Notes under the pieces: generated by a model
What the model saw: only the letters and a program-made list of their open reading frames with translations
Database searches by the model: none
Told to the model about the DNA's origin: nothing
In this document: piece after piece, positions 42,201 through 56,200 of the stretch
Layout of the letters: every line of letters starts with the position of its first letter
Position numbering within the stretch: the first letter of the stretch is position 1
NCBI GenBank assembly: GCA_012295275.1
Contig: CM022670.1
Coordinates: 18,910,001-18,974,000 of the forward strand
DNA from: Chrysomallon squamiferum
Lineage: Eukaryota; Animalia; Mollusca
Length of the DNA: 64,000 bases
Reading direction: 5' to 3'
Program-made: the position numbers and the translations under genes

Positions 42201-45200
42201 TATAGTGTTTCTAATGGTTTCGTTTTGAAAAAGAAAACAATATACTTAATGTTAAAGCATTAACTCTGATAGACGTTTTTTTTTTTTTTTTTTTAAATAT
42301 TAAAGAAAAGAAAATTCTTTAAGCTTGTGCTTTGGCTTGATGTTAAAATGTATGAAATTAGAATTTGTTCTTTAAATGTTATATTGCCTTAGTTAAATAT
42401 AAACAAAATATTTGCCTTTAACTGAAGGAACTTTGCAGTTTAATAGACATGAACTGTTCCTAATAACAAGAAAATTTTAGGAAAAACATGATATATCAAG
42501 ATTTCTTTTATTGTTTTAATTGTACCATTTTTGACCGAGGGATGGTGTTTTTGATGAATGTCTCAGAGGAGCCAATAAAGCTTTTGTTTATTAACATGTG
42601 TGATAATTATAAGTACTAATATCTTTATACTGTAGGTGTGTTCGAGACTTTAGGGATTCGTGCTCCTTCACAACAATTTGATGGTTCACTTCGAGGTAAT
42701 TAATAGAAAAAGCATTATGATGTTCATTCACTTTACACAATCCCTCAGTCAAATTTTTCCTAAATAAATATGTGTATGTGTATGTTTGTGTACAAAGGTA
42801 GATATTTTATCTTAAGTAAATTTTGTATTAGAATGTTGATAATTAAATTACTAAGAAGACCAAAATGATGTGAACTTTTTTGAAAGCACCCAAAATATTG
42901 TTAATCATCCAAAAAATTGTTGTTTTTTTTTGTTCTGTTTTTTTAAGTGTTTCCTTTTAAAAAAAAAAAAATTTAAACATACAAAATGGGATTAGAACTA
43001 TACCATCCTGAAATGCATATTTTTTGTCTTACGTTCAAGAATGTTTTGTTTATTCATACAAAAGGATGTGTGTTTGTATTATTATTTTTTACCTTTTTTT
43101 TCTTCTGTTTTTTGCTTTAATTATCATTTAAATTTTCTGAATCTGTATTCAGTTTTTATCTTTTCTGTTAACAGTAAAAATTGAAAACCAGTATCCATTT
43201 TAATTATAATTATTTTATGTTATTATGTTTACCTAATGTCCAATGATGTTACCCCTGTAAAAAATATATTCTGTATTTAATGAATTTAAAATAACACGCG
43301 TAATACTTCCATGACCATGTGTTTGACCTTGTAGAACAGTTTAATTAATGTTAAAGAATTTAGATACAATTTTTAACAATGCCTTTGTTAAATGCATCTT
43401 TGTTTTTCAGATGTACCTGTTACAGGAACTAATCAGATACAGACTACATTAAATGCACCCAACGATTTTAATGTTACACCTCAAGTTCCTCAAATACCAA
43501 GTATGCAGAGAATGCCAATACAAAATATGCCACTGCGAACTACCCCACCTCCTGCACAGGTTTGTTTGCCATAATTATTAAATTTGATTAATTTTAAAAT
43601 GGCAAGTATAAAATTTTATTTTACAGGTATTTTTTGTAGTTTTTTAAAGGTTAAAGTCAAGTAGGATAAAAGAGGTACTTGTTACAAGTAAAAGTAACTT
43701 TCTTTATTTGAATTATGCTAATTATGATTTCATATCTTCTCTATCTAGTTGCCTCTGAACCCTAATTCTGTAACTATGAATGCTGCACTGCGTGAATCCA
43801 ACCAACAGTTGCAGGAGGCATTGAAGAAAACATCGATACAACAGCCAATCAGCCAGAGTGCTGCCCAGACTGGCATTCCACAGCCACCATTCTCAACTCA
43901 GCACCAGGCAAATCAGTCCATTCCCACTCCTGCACAGTCCCAGCCAATGCCACAACCACAGCGACCTGTCTCACAACCCCAACCATCACCGCAGCAGTTG
44001 CAGTCAGGGCCTCTTCAACAGTTACAGCAGCAGCAAAATGCAGCAGGTGTGCAGGTGCCAATGCAGTCAAAGTTACAACAGCAGCTGCAGCAAACACAGC
44101 AGGTAATTTGTTTATGTCATGTCAGACATTTCAATAAAAATATGGCCATTTTTCTGTTCTCTTAAGTATGTCTCAGAGATCATAATATTGCAAAATGTCA
44201 ACATTTCTTCTATTTTATTTGTTTTAATATTATTTTATTGTTTGTAGATGGAACAGCCTCAGATACCACAAGATGTCAAAGTCAAACAAGAAGTTATTGA
44301 ACCTAATCAGCACTTGTCAAGTCTCCTGTCCAGTTCCACACCACCACCACCAAGCAGCATTGGTACTACTTCTGCAGGCCAGATGATGTCATCTTTCAGC
44401 AGTGTTGGTGCAAATTCAAACACAACCTCCAATTCCCTCAAGGATATGAAGACAGAAATAAAAAGTGAAATAGACACTGATTTTAAAACTGAGGGTGAGA
44501 AAGTAATGAACAGTACAAATTGTGCTACCAGTGGTAAAAGTGCTAATAATAATGCTCCACAAAATGCAGGAAAATGTATTCCTTCAGTCGAAGTTAAAAT
44601 GGACACCCAAGATTCTGATTCAAATTCAGTTCCTGTTAAAGAAGAACAACAGAGTGCCACCACTTCAGGTACTGAATCGACAACTCCAAAACCTGAAGGG
44701 ATGGAAAGCACCGCTGAGGCTAGTAATAACAGTGAAGATTCTAAAACTAATACAGAGTCACCAGCTGGTAGTTCTGCAAATTCTTCAGCAGGCACAATTG
44801 CGCGAAAACCAAATAAAAAGAAAGGTAAGAACTTTTATTTTAATATAAGCTTTCATTAAAATTAACAGAAGTTTGATTATTTCTGGCTCACAGTATATTG
44901 ATTTTGTTACATTATTTAAGTCAGAAATTAATAAATAAATGTAAATATTTTCAGTGTTTAAACCAGATGAATTACGTCAAGCTTTGATGCCAACTTTGGA
45001 AAAATTATACAGACAGGATCCAGAGTCTCTTCCCTTCCGTCAGCCAGTTGATCCTGTTATGCAACAAATTCCAGTAAGTTTTCTTTTTTATAACAGAAAA
45101 AATTTACAAACATGAATAAGTGAAAGTTTATCATAAAGCATATTAAAATTAAACAAAGTAGTGTTTTTTTTTCTCATAAATAACCCAGTAAAAAAAAAAT

Positions 45201-48200
45201 CATTAGATTAACTAATATATAATTTTTTTATTCAAAGAGCACCTTTGAGATACTTTCTTTAACATTTTGAGTGGATCTTGATTAAATTAATATTTATTTG
45301 ATGCTATACCAGAATTTGACTTCATCACACTGACATGATAGGTTGTTACGGATATCTATGGAGATGTTTTGCCAGTTTTGAAAATATTATGAAAAAAGTA
45401 AATATCATACTGGCTTTAAGATTAAATATTTCCAAAATGTATTTTCATGATAAATAATAATTAATAGCAATATTTATTAATAAAATGCAAGCAAAATTCA
45501 ACAAAACCAATAAAATTACAGAATATTTGTTAATCATAACACAATATTATTAATACATTTTCTATTTCAGGATTACTTTGAAATTATCAAGAAGCCAATA
45601 GATCTGTCAATGATTAAACGTAAGCTGGATACTGGGCAGTACCAGGATCCTTGGGAATATGTTGATGATGTATGGCTAATGTTCGAAAATGCTTGGGTGT
45701 ACAATAAAAAGACATCTAGAGTTTACAAATACTGCACAAAGGTAATAATTTCATACAGTAAAACATTATGTTTTGTAGGGTTAGCAATTGTAAAAGCCAC
45801 ACAGCCATAACCCTCAGTTCATCACTAACTAGTAACTGATACTTGTTTAATTCTTTAAATTACCACATAGGATTGAAAATTCACACCACTATACAGCTAT
45901 GAATATTTTTACAATCATTCATTGGTTCTACTTTTTTCCTTTTTTTCTTTTATTTTAAATCAGTTATCTGAAGTATTTGAGAGTGAAATTGACGGAGTTA
46001 TGCAGTCGCTGGGATACTGCTGTGGTCATAAATATGTGTTCAGTCCCCAGGTTCTCTGCTGCTATGGGAAGCAGCTCTGTACAATACCTAGAGATGCCAT
46101 GTATTACTGTTATCAGAACAGGTAAAGCTAGAAACGATTTTAGATAAAATGATAAATTTAAAATTAGTGTCTACTAAATTTAAAAAATAGTATGAAGTGT
46201 TTCTGCTTCAGAATGTAATAAATAATTAAATTTGAGAATGTTATTTATTTTTGCTCTCTGCTTCATCTTCATACACATTAAAACAAATTACTTTCAGTTA
46301 TTCATTTTAACATTTTCTTTTTCTTTCCTCTTCTTTAGAGTTGTATATTGTGAAAAATGCTTCCAAGAAATCCAAGGTGATGAAATAGAAGTATGTGATG
46401 ACCCAACTCAACCAGCATCGTATGTATTTAATGTTATTGTTTGTAGTACTAGTAGTAGTATTTAATGTAACATTTTCTAATTATTAGGCTTAAGAAACAG
46501 TTACAGTTGGAATAAGGACCCAGTTAATATTTCTTCATAGCATAAAATAACTTGAATGTTTCTTTAAAAATAAAATAAAAAAGGGAATAGGAACATAAAA
46601 ATGCTTTCACTGGATTATTGTTTATAACTGTTTTTTATTATTACTTTGCAGAAGAATCCCAAAGGCTAACTTCGAAAAGCTCAAGAATGACAAATTGGAA
46701 TACGAAGAGTAAGTTTCATCAGAATCATTAATATGTTTTGTCAGAATATGAAAAGTCAGTGTTACATTAGATCTGTATACGTGGGTTTAGATTTTTTTTT
46801 TTTTAATAATTAACTGTCATTTTCTGTAGATTTAATAGAAATTAATGCTGCTTCGTTAGCAGGTGATAAGACAGATTTGTATATTGATGTTTTTTCTGCT
46901 ACTTAGTTCATTGGTTTTTTGTGTGGTTGATCACAAAACATTGTTTTTCAGTTTCATCAATTGTCTGGATTGTGGACGGAAACTGCATCGAATATGCTGT
47001 CTTTGGTTTGAACCCATCTGGCCTCAAGGGTAAGTAGCCATAATTGACTTGTAAAAAAAAATTTTATTATTGTTAAGTTTTTTTTTTTTTTTTTTTTTCT
47101 TGCCATCTTTATTTTTCATTTTTTTATAATAGTGAGAACTGTTTTGCTATAACCAAATAAGTACTTTTTGATATTTGTGGGTTTTTTTCAACAGAATTGA
47201 ACTACATAAATAATTTTTATAGTTAAATGGATTTGTTTTTTATATTTGTCTTTGTTTTATGAATATTGCAGCTATACTTGTGATAACTGTTTAAAAGCCA
47301 AGGGAATGAAAAGAAAAGAGAACAAATTTGGAGCAAAACGTAAGTACCGTTATATTATGGACATAACTGTATCTCTGAGAGTTTTTTAGTGGTTTTTTAA
47401 ATGAATTTTAAAAATGGGATCATTGATATTCTGTTACTGGTTTGATCATTAGTTGCATATTGTTTAAAATGAAAGTTTGACTGGCTGAAACAAAGCCTTT
47501 GAAATAAGAACACTTTTTTTTTTTTGTAACTAAATATTTTATAATTCATCTCATGAATCTGCTAAGTGATAAAATTTTGAAACTTAAAGTACTGATGATA
47601 ATCTGAAATATATTTGATTCTTTTTGCATTTGTTTATTTGAAATTTATACTTTCTTTTATACTCTTCTGAACAAGCTCGTATTCATTTTCTAAATATTTC
47701 TGTTAGCTGATTAAGAAAAATCACATCAATAGAGAAGAATGCTGTCCTTACAGATCAAATCATTAGATATTTATTTTCTTTTTTCAGGGTTACCAAACAC
47801 AAAACTAGGTACCTATTTAGAAAATCGCGTAAATAACTTTCTTAGGAAAAAAGATGTTGGTGCTGGTGAAGTGTCTATCAGAGTTCTGTCCAGTTCAGAC
47901 AAAGTTGTGGAAGTGAAGCCTCTTATGAGAAAGAGGTAATTATGATTACATACACTTTACAAAACAGTTTGTCATTGATATGGTTAAAAAACAAATGGTG
48001 AAAGTAAATATAATTCAGCATGATTTTGCACTTTTATTTCTCCTCTTTTAATATTGTGAATGTTTGTTGTTCTTAATTAATGAAGGATTGTTGAACAATA
48101 AAGTGTTTACAGTGGTCAGTAACAAAAAAATAAATGGGTTTGTGAACAAATTAGAAAATGTTGTTTATAATTATCTGCTTACTAATAATAATCTAAATTA

Positions 48201-51200
48201 CTTGCTTTATAAAAAGTTCATGCATTTCATTTACAAGTTAGGTATAATACTATGTGTTTGCTAATAACACTTTCTGTTTTCAGATTTGGCAAGGAATTCC
48301 AGGAATCATTTGTATACAGGTCCAAATCTATGTTTGCATTTGAAGAAATTGATGGCACAGATGTATGTTTCTTTGGAATGCATGTTCAGGAATATGGCTC
48401 AGAATCTCCAGCACCAAATACAAGGTGGGTAATATAATTATAAAAGTATTATATTCAGAACTTTGTAACAAAAAAGTGAAAGCTATCTTCTTAGGTATTA
48501 TGATTATTGGGAGAAATTGGACTAATATTTAAAACAGGATATATTTCGTTATTCTTTCCATGTAAATTTAAATTTAACATTTAATAATCAAGTTGCTATT
48601 TTAACATTGTTATATGTATATTAATAGATTTTGATTAAACAAAAAAAATTTCTTCTAAATTCTTAGGTATAATTTTCAATTTTCTTTTTGGAAAGAATTA
48701 CTAAATCATTTATATTTAAATTAGAAATATGACCATAGTAAATAAAAACAAGCTAAAAAGAAGAAGAGTAAACATTGTGTTATTAATAATTGATGGGAAA
48801 TTTTTGATTAACTTTTTTATTGTTTGTTTAAAGAAGAGATGAAAGTAATTGTTACAGGAAGGTGCACCTACATTTACATATTTCTTTATTTATGTTACAG
48901 GAGGGTATACATATCATATCTGGACAGTGTTCACTTTTTCCGACCTCGTGCATTAAGAACTGCTGTGTATCATGAGGTTCTCATAGGATATCTTGAATAT
49001 GTGAAAAACTTGGGTTTTACAACAGCTCACATCTGGGCTTGTCCTCCTAGTGAAGGTGATGACTACATATTTCACTGTCATCCACCAGAACAAAAAATTC
49101 CAAAACCAAAACGACTGCAAGAATGGTACAAGAAAATGTTGGACAAGGCAATCATTGAAAGATGTGTCACAGATTATAAGGTTTGTGCAGCCCTGAACTG
49201 ATACAGTTCATTTCAACAAAGGAATTTTGTTTAGCTATGTTGACAATGTGTTCATGATATTGTAAAGAAATTTATCCAGTTCTTAATAAATGGAAGCCAT
49301 ATAGCTGAGCATATGTAAAATAACAGGAAATAGATCTTAAAGATAAATATTCGATTGAAGTTGATATTTCAGTTTCAGTAATTTTTGTAAACATACCAGT
49401 AGTAAAATAATTTAAATGTAGACATAGCAAATAGAACTAACAGCAAATGAAAACAAAATTCTAACTAGGTTTAATAATTTGTTAAATGCATTTTTATTTT
49501 ATTTTATTTTATTTATTTTTTGTGTTACAGGATATACTTAAAGATGCTATAGAAAATAATTTTACCAGTGCGACAGAGTTACCTTACTTTGAAGGTGACT
49601 TTTGGCCAAATGTTTTGGAGGAATGTATTAAAGAACTGGACCAGGAGGAGGAGGAAAAGCGAAAACGGGAGGAGGCAGAGGCTGCAGCTGCTGAAGCTGA
49701 AAGTCAGGAAGTGGTAGATGACACGGGAGATCCGGTATGTGCACTGGTAACATACTTTTCTTTACTTGCTTTCTTTAATAATAGTATTAATACAGTGCAA
49801 TATACTAACACAGCATTATCAATGTGACATCAGATAGTTACTTGGATATTTATTTCATTATTTATGTTTGAAATTCTTTTTTGTTTGTTAAATGTAAGGA
49901 ATTTAATCTCTAATTTTTGATATTAACAAAATGTTTGCCAATTTTCTATTCAGATCAATTAGTAAATTGTTTTCTTTGATTTTTTAAATTAATGTTTTGA
50001 AAGATAGATTTAAAAATATTTTTACATGCATGTTAATGCTTCCAAATGTGTATAAAAACTTAAAATTTCAGTTTTATTAGTTATTTTTTAATTTTAATTT
50101 ATTTGGGTCATTAATGGATGTTTGTATATGACACTTGTAAATGATAACTTAGTTGCTTTATCTTGCATTTATTTTTTTGATACACAGATTAAAATACATA
50201 AATTTGGAAAAGATAGTTTACATGCTTTTATTTTTTTGATACACAGGATAAAATGTATAAATTTGGAAAAAATAGTTTATATCTGTGCATTTGTTTGCCT
50301 TTGTTGATATATTACTATGCTTTTGTCTTGTGTACCCATCACTCTGTACATTGTTTGGAAGCATTTTTGATGTCAAGAATACTAAGTGTGAGTGCATGTT
50401 TTCCCTGTAACTCTTTTCTTCACATTTTCAGACAATTGCTGGCAAAAAGAAAGGAGAAAAGAAGGGGCGTAACAAGAAAGCCAGCAAAAACAAAAACAAT
50501 CAGAGAAAAAACAGCAAAAAGTCCAACTTGCCTCATGGTGGAAATGATCTCACTGCTAAAATCTACCAGACAATGGAAAAACACAAAGAGGTTGGTTTAA
50601 CAATTGGAGAAACTGTATCTTGTATATATTACAAATAATTACAGTCTTTGTCATTCAGAATTTTAAAATAGGTCTGGTAGAAAGTAATACTTGGCAAAGA
50701 CAACGTATGTTTTAAGTAGATAAGGGACTGATGAAAAGATATGATGTTTCATATTACCTACTAACTAAAATGTATAGACTTTTCATTTTATTTTTTTATG
50801 GATGATGGTGTGTGTGTTTTTTTTTTTTTTAAATGTTCTCCTGCACTGTAATATAATCTTGCATATTCCATTAAACAAGTTCAACTGTGGACTTTTTTTT
50901 ATTACTCAACTCTAAACCATTTATAAATATTCATATTTTATTCCAGGTGTTCTTTGTTATTCGTCTGCGTCCACAAGCTAATCATGAGCTACCTCCAATT
51001 GTGGATCCAGATCCTCACATCAGCAATGAGTTGATGGATGGTAGAGACTCGTTTCTGACCATGGCTCGTGAGAAACATTTTGAATTTTCTTCACTCAGAA
51101 GAGCGAAACTTTCTACAATGGCTTTACTTTATGAATTGCATAATCAAGGAAGAGATAGTTTTGTGTACACATGTAACAGCTGCAAGACTCATGTTGAAAC

Positions 51201-53210
51201 CAGATACCATTGTCAAATCTGTGATGTAAGTATGATACACCGGTTTCTTAAATATTTATTATGATCTTTCAGCAATGTCTCATTTATATTCTTGTAGCAA
51301 TAATAATTTCCTTGTTTTACTTTTTTTTTTTTCTTTATTTTGTTGCTATATTACAGTTTATTAAAATATTTACAACTTACACTCTGTTGTAGGATTTCGA
51401 CCTGTGCACTGCTTGTTTCAAGAAGGAGGGACATCAACACAAGATGGACAAGCTTGGACTTGATCTTGATGATGGCTCGTATACTGGTGATAAGCAGGAA
51501 AATCCTCAGGAATCTCGACGACAGTCCATCCAGCGGTGCATTCAGTCCTTGGTACATGCATGTCAGTGCCGAGATGCAAACTGTAGACTTCACAGTTGCC
51601 AGAAAATGAAACGTGTTGTTGCACACACAAAAAGCTGTAGAAGAAAGACTAATGGCTGTCCTATATGTAAACAGTTGATAGCTCTCTGCTGCTACCATGC
51701 AAAACATTGTGATGAACATAAATGTCAGGTGCCATTCTGCCACCAGCTCAAGCACAAGTTGAGACAGCAGCAGCTACAACAGCGGTTGCAGCAGGCCCAG
51801 ATGCTGCGGAGACGGATGGCCTTGATGACTGCAAATAACAGCAGTGCCACCAGCACTGTTGCTGCAGCTCCTCAAGTAGCACCCCAGCTTCCTGCATTGC
51901 CATCATCATCAACGTTCACAAATGGAAAGCCTCTGTCATCACCACCACAAGGTGCTATGGAAGCTGCAATGAAAGCACAAGAGGCTGCCCAAGCTCAACG
52001 ACAGCTTACTCAGACCATGAATGCAGGCAAGCCGTCTGTGGTCAATATGCAGCAGCCTAAAATGCCCAACCAAGGAATCCCTGTGAATTCTGTATCACCT
52101 CAGGTTCAGCAGAGACCACTCATGTTTATGCAGCAGCAACAGCAGTACGCAGCACAACAGCAGCTTCCACAACAGCAGCCTGTGGTTCCAACACGAATGA
52201 CAGCTGACCATCAGCAAATGAGAATGCAGATGTCTCATCCAATGCAGCAGACGGTGCCTGGAATGAATGTTGCTATGAACTCCCAGCAGCACAGACCAGC
52301 TAACCAGATGAACAACAGTGCCATTCAACAGTTATTACAAGCACTGAAAAATCAGTCATCCACTCAGACTGAACAGAAAGTTTTGTCAATGCTAAAGGCA
52401 AATCCAGCGCTGATGGCCTCAGTCTTGAAACTAAAGACTCAACGTATGCAACAACAAGCTGCAGCACAACAGCAACAGGTGCAGGGGATGCCTCCACAAA
52501 ACCCTCAACAGGTTCAACAGCCAACACCACAACAGTTGCGCAATCTGCAGCTTATGCAGATGCGTCAGCAGGCTGCCCAGCACCAACAGCAGCAACCACA
52601 GCAGCAGCATCAAATGAACCAGTTCCAGCAGCCCATGCAGCCTTTCTCACAGAGGCAACGCTTGAACTTTCCACCTCAACAGAGTTTCCAAAATGATGGT
52701 GCTCAGCATCACTTACATCAGTTTCAGCAGCAACAACAGCAGCAGATGATGCAGGTTCAACATCACCAAGCCCAACTGAAACAGCATGTTGTTGGTGGTC
52801 AGCCGATGAGTCCGCAGATGATGGTGCAAGCAAATCCATCTCCACAGCAGTTGATGCAGCAAGTGCGGTCACCACCGGCTCCATCCACCTTGCCACAAAC
52901 AGTCCGATCTCCTCAGCCAATCCCTTCACCTCGGCAGCAGCCCATCCCATCACCACGTCAGCAGCCGCAGCAGTCACCTCATCATGTACCAACAATTAAC
53001 TCACCGCATCCAGTTATGGCAGGATCATCTGCTACTCCTGATCCCAGTCAAATGAATTCGGATCAAATCATGCTTCCTCAGTTACAGTCAGCTCACACTT
53101 CCATGTTACAAAGTCCAGCCAATACAGACTTAATGAATGCACAAGATCAAGACATGTCATCAACAATCCCGCCACAGGACCAGCTTTCACGATACGTCGA
53201 AACATTGTAG
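36239..53210 (+). CDS. CREBBP: CREB-binding protein / p300 histone acetyltransferase, 27 exons, ~2316 aa
   Basis: Exons 36239-36332, 37443-38176, 38488-38637, 38884-39166, 39336-39449, 39787-39981, 40800-41007, 41367-41484, 41910-42063, 42636-42695, 43411-43559, 43749-44102, 44248-44824, 44955-45073, 45571-45741, 45964-46121, 46339-46419, 46652-46708, 46952-47029, 47272-47339, 47788-47935, 48284-48424, 48901-49180, 49531-49734, 50432-50590, 50947-51225, 51393-53210. Domains: TAZ1 ([15 protein letters not shown]), KIX ([17 protein letters not shown]), bromodomain, RING/PHD, HAT ([27 protein letters not shown]), ZZ, TAZ2, NCBD, Q-rich tail. Confidence 0.97.
38884..38970 (+). repeat. Coding 9-bp tandem repeat, (PGQ)8-PVQ-PG, just before TAZ1 of CBP
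   Basis: CCAGGACAR units at the start of exon 4. Confidence 0.9.
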
Positions 53211-56200
53211 TATTGAGCCTAATATTAAAGTATATTCAAATTTTATACATGCATATAAATATATATTAAATGTTATATATTTCATGTACATAGACTGTAA
53301 AAAGTTGTAACTATCATACATAATGAAATGCAAACATAATTTATCATTCACTTATAGATTTATCATATTTTGTCATTGTTTTTCATTTTTTCAGAACAAG
53401 GTATCAGAAATTTTGATAAAAAAAAAAAAAATGAAAGCAAAAACTTTATCTTGTCATTAATAAAAAAAAAAGTAATAATTCATTTATTTGTAGTTAGGCA
53501 CTTGTTGCAAAAGTTCATGGATATCAGCTACAAAACATTCTAGCTTTGTGTTGATTCATTATTTGTATAGTTAGTGTTTCTATTCTGTCCCATCTACATC
53601 TAAGCAAATTGAGATACTCCTGTTGACACTCTGTAATTGTGTTTAGTGTGTTGATGTTTAGCTGGCAAAGGATGAAGTTACCAGAGAATCTTTTGTGTTG
53701 TGATTTGCACAAGTTGGTGCATTTTTGTCGGGTTGCATTGGGGAAAAAAGCAGGAAAAGAAAAGCATGCAGCATGTGATTCAGTTTACTGTTTTAGAATA
53801 TTCACACGAGATCTTTTTATTAATAATAAATTTTTTATACTTTTTTTTTTAAAAATTATTATTTAAATGTTCTGCTACTGGATTCATGGAGAGAGAAAAT
53901 AAGTGAAAAGGATATAAACTGGAATTCATCACCATTTGTCAGAAAGGACTGTTTGACTGTGTTTAAATGTAATACTGACTGTATTGACCAGTGGTAATCT
54001 TATAAAACAATTGTGTGTATGCATGTTGGTGTCAGGAGATTACCAGTATCTCTTAATTACAATCTTTCCAATTTGCATTTGATATTTCATGAGTGACATT
54101 GTAAATAAATATTTCCTACCAGGAAAAATTTAATGAAAATTTGCTTTTATTTTTTATTTTATATATAATTTGATATCTTAAATTATTGTTTGGAGTGTTG
54201 GAAAATTTTGTTACAGGCTAATTATACAAATTATTCTGTATCAAAAGAGTAAATATTTTGCTTAGTTGGTACCAACTGTTAAATGAAACAAAGTCTGGTT
54301 GATTCACAAAAAGATTTTTCTCAAGTATTAATAATTTTGCACTGTTCGATTGCATTGTCTTTCCCAATTTAACGGGTGTCAGTATAAAGTTTAGATTCAT
54401 AACAAAACTGGCGTAGTTATACAGTTATTTCCCTTGAATATAATTCACACAAATGTTTAACATCAAAATGAGGAACCATGCAGCAACAAATTTTAGTAAA
54501 TGACGGGATACAAAAATGGAAATTCAATTGATATTTGCTGCAGTATTATCTTTGTAATTTTATTTGGATCATATAAATATTTGTTAATGAATATTTATTT
54601 TGATATATATTATTAGCTTTTGACAGAATTGGTTTTAAAACTGATATGTCACGTTTTGTTTAATAAAAAAAAGTTGGATTTCTAAAAATGTCTGAACTTC
54701 GTCTCTTCCCACTTTGTCATAATCTTTTTATTTCCAATAAATAATTTTCAGTCAAAATGTATAAAAGCAATTTATTTTATGAGTGTTGAGCAGTACCTCA
54801 TTGGTATGAAGAAAATCGGTTAGTCTGATCTGCAACAAATTTATGAAACAGCTACCAAATTTTTCCATCTTTGGAATGGATGCTGATGATAAAAGGAGCA
54901 CAGTAGTTGATTTTAAAACATTATTTTTTTTGCTAATAATCTGTTGGCAACATGTTATATGTTTACTTGCCCTTCAAAACGTCACAGAAACAGATTAAAA
55001 TAGTTTTCTTGCACCAAAAATGAAAGAAAACAAACTGAAAAATATTTCACATGCCATATCTTATGGCAATCTTTTTTATTTCACACCAATAGCAGAATGA
55101 CAATTTGTAGGAAACGTGTTAGTAAGGTATTAATCTTTATTACTCCTAACATGAAGTTGACTGAACCATGAATGTGAACATGAAGCAGTAAGTCAAAATG
55201 TGGCTGAGGGAGATGGAAAAAGATAACACTGTTATGATTAACAAGAAGCTTTTTAATTTTAATAACCACAAACCTATGGTAAAGGAATTTAAATTTTGTT
55301 CAAATAAATTTTATATATCTGACAAAATGGTTAAAATAAAAATAAAATAAGGAATATGTTAAAACTGGCACTTAACCTGTAAATAATATTTATTTCTATT
55401 TTATATTAACAACTGAATAATAAAAATAATAATAAAAAAAACACCCTGTGTTTACATGAGTAAATTTACAACAATATATATTAATAAACAGCTTTATTTT
55501 CTTGTTTTAAACAATTTTTCTTAAATATTGTTAAACTAAAGCAGATTTATAAATTACACAAATTGTATTTCTATCAGACTGCTTTTATAATCTGACTAAT
55601 GAATATAGTCATTTTAAAATATTCTGTTTTGAAATGAAACATGAGGTAATATCTAGGTATTCCTTTCAAAATGTTGAAATGCAGTGAGAACTGAATGTAA
55701 AAGACTGGCATGTATATTTTCACATTTTTTATCCTTAAACATACTGAATCAATGAAACTATCCCAGTGCCAAATATTTCCATTTTGTGGATATACATGTA
55801 CAGATGACACATCCAGTTACAGATTACATCATTTATTAGTAACAAGATGATGTTTTACATATAAAATGCAACTAATAATTTCTGTTGAGATTTGTATTTT
55901 TCTGCAATGCTATATCGGTATAAACAGGAGACAAAAAGATAAATATTCAAAACTTACAAATTTATTATTCTTTATACTGTAATTTATATTTTTGTTTGTG
56001 TTTTTAGTATTATTATTTATTTTTATTTTCTTATCACCATATAATCTAATGGTTGAAGGAAGGACTAATTTTGTGAAAGAAAACTGGATATCAGCTTCAC
56101 ACAATTTTCATAATTTCACTCAAGGAAGATTATAATTTTAGGCACCAATTTAAAAAATAGACTGTGGTACGTAACTATTGTAAAACAGATTCAAATGGCA

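Noticed and set aside
50170-50282. ~60-nt imperfect tandem duplicate in a CBP intron (similar ones at ~7700-7850 and ~21955-22002)
   Set aside because: Ordinary local slippage duplications with two units and no spacers; not CRISPR-like.
51351-52995. Several antisense ORFs in the last CBP exon (also at 38806-39084 and 43849-44795)
   Set aside because: Shadows of CAG-rich and repeat-rich CBP coding sequence.
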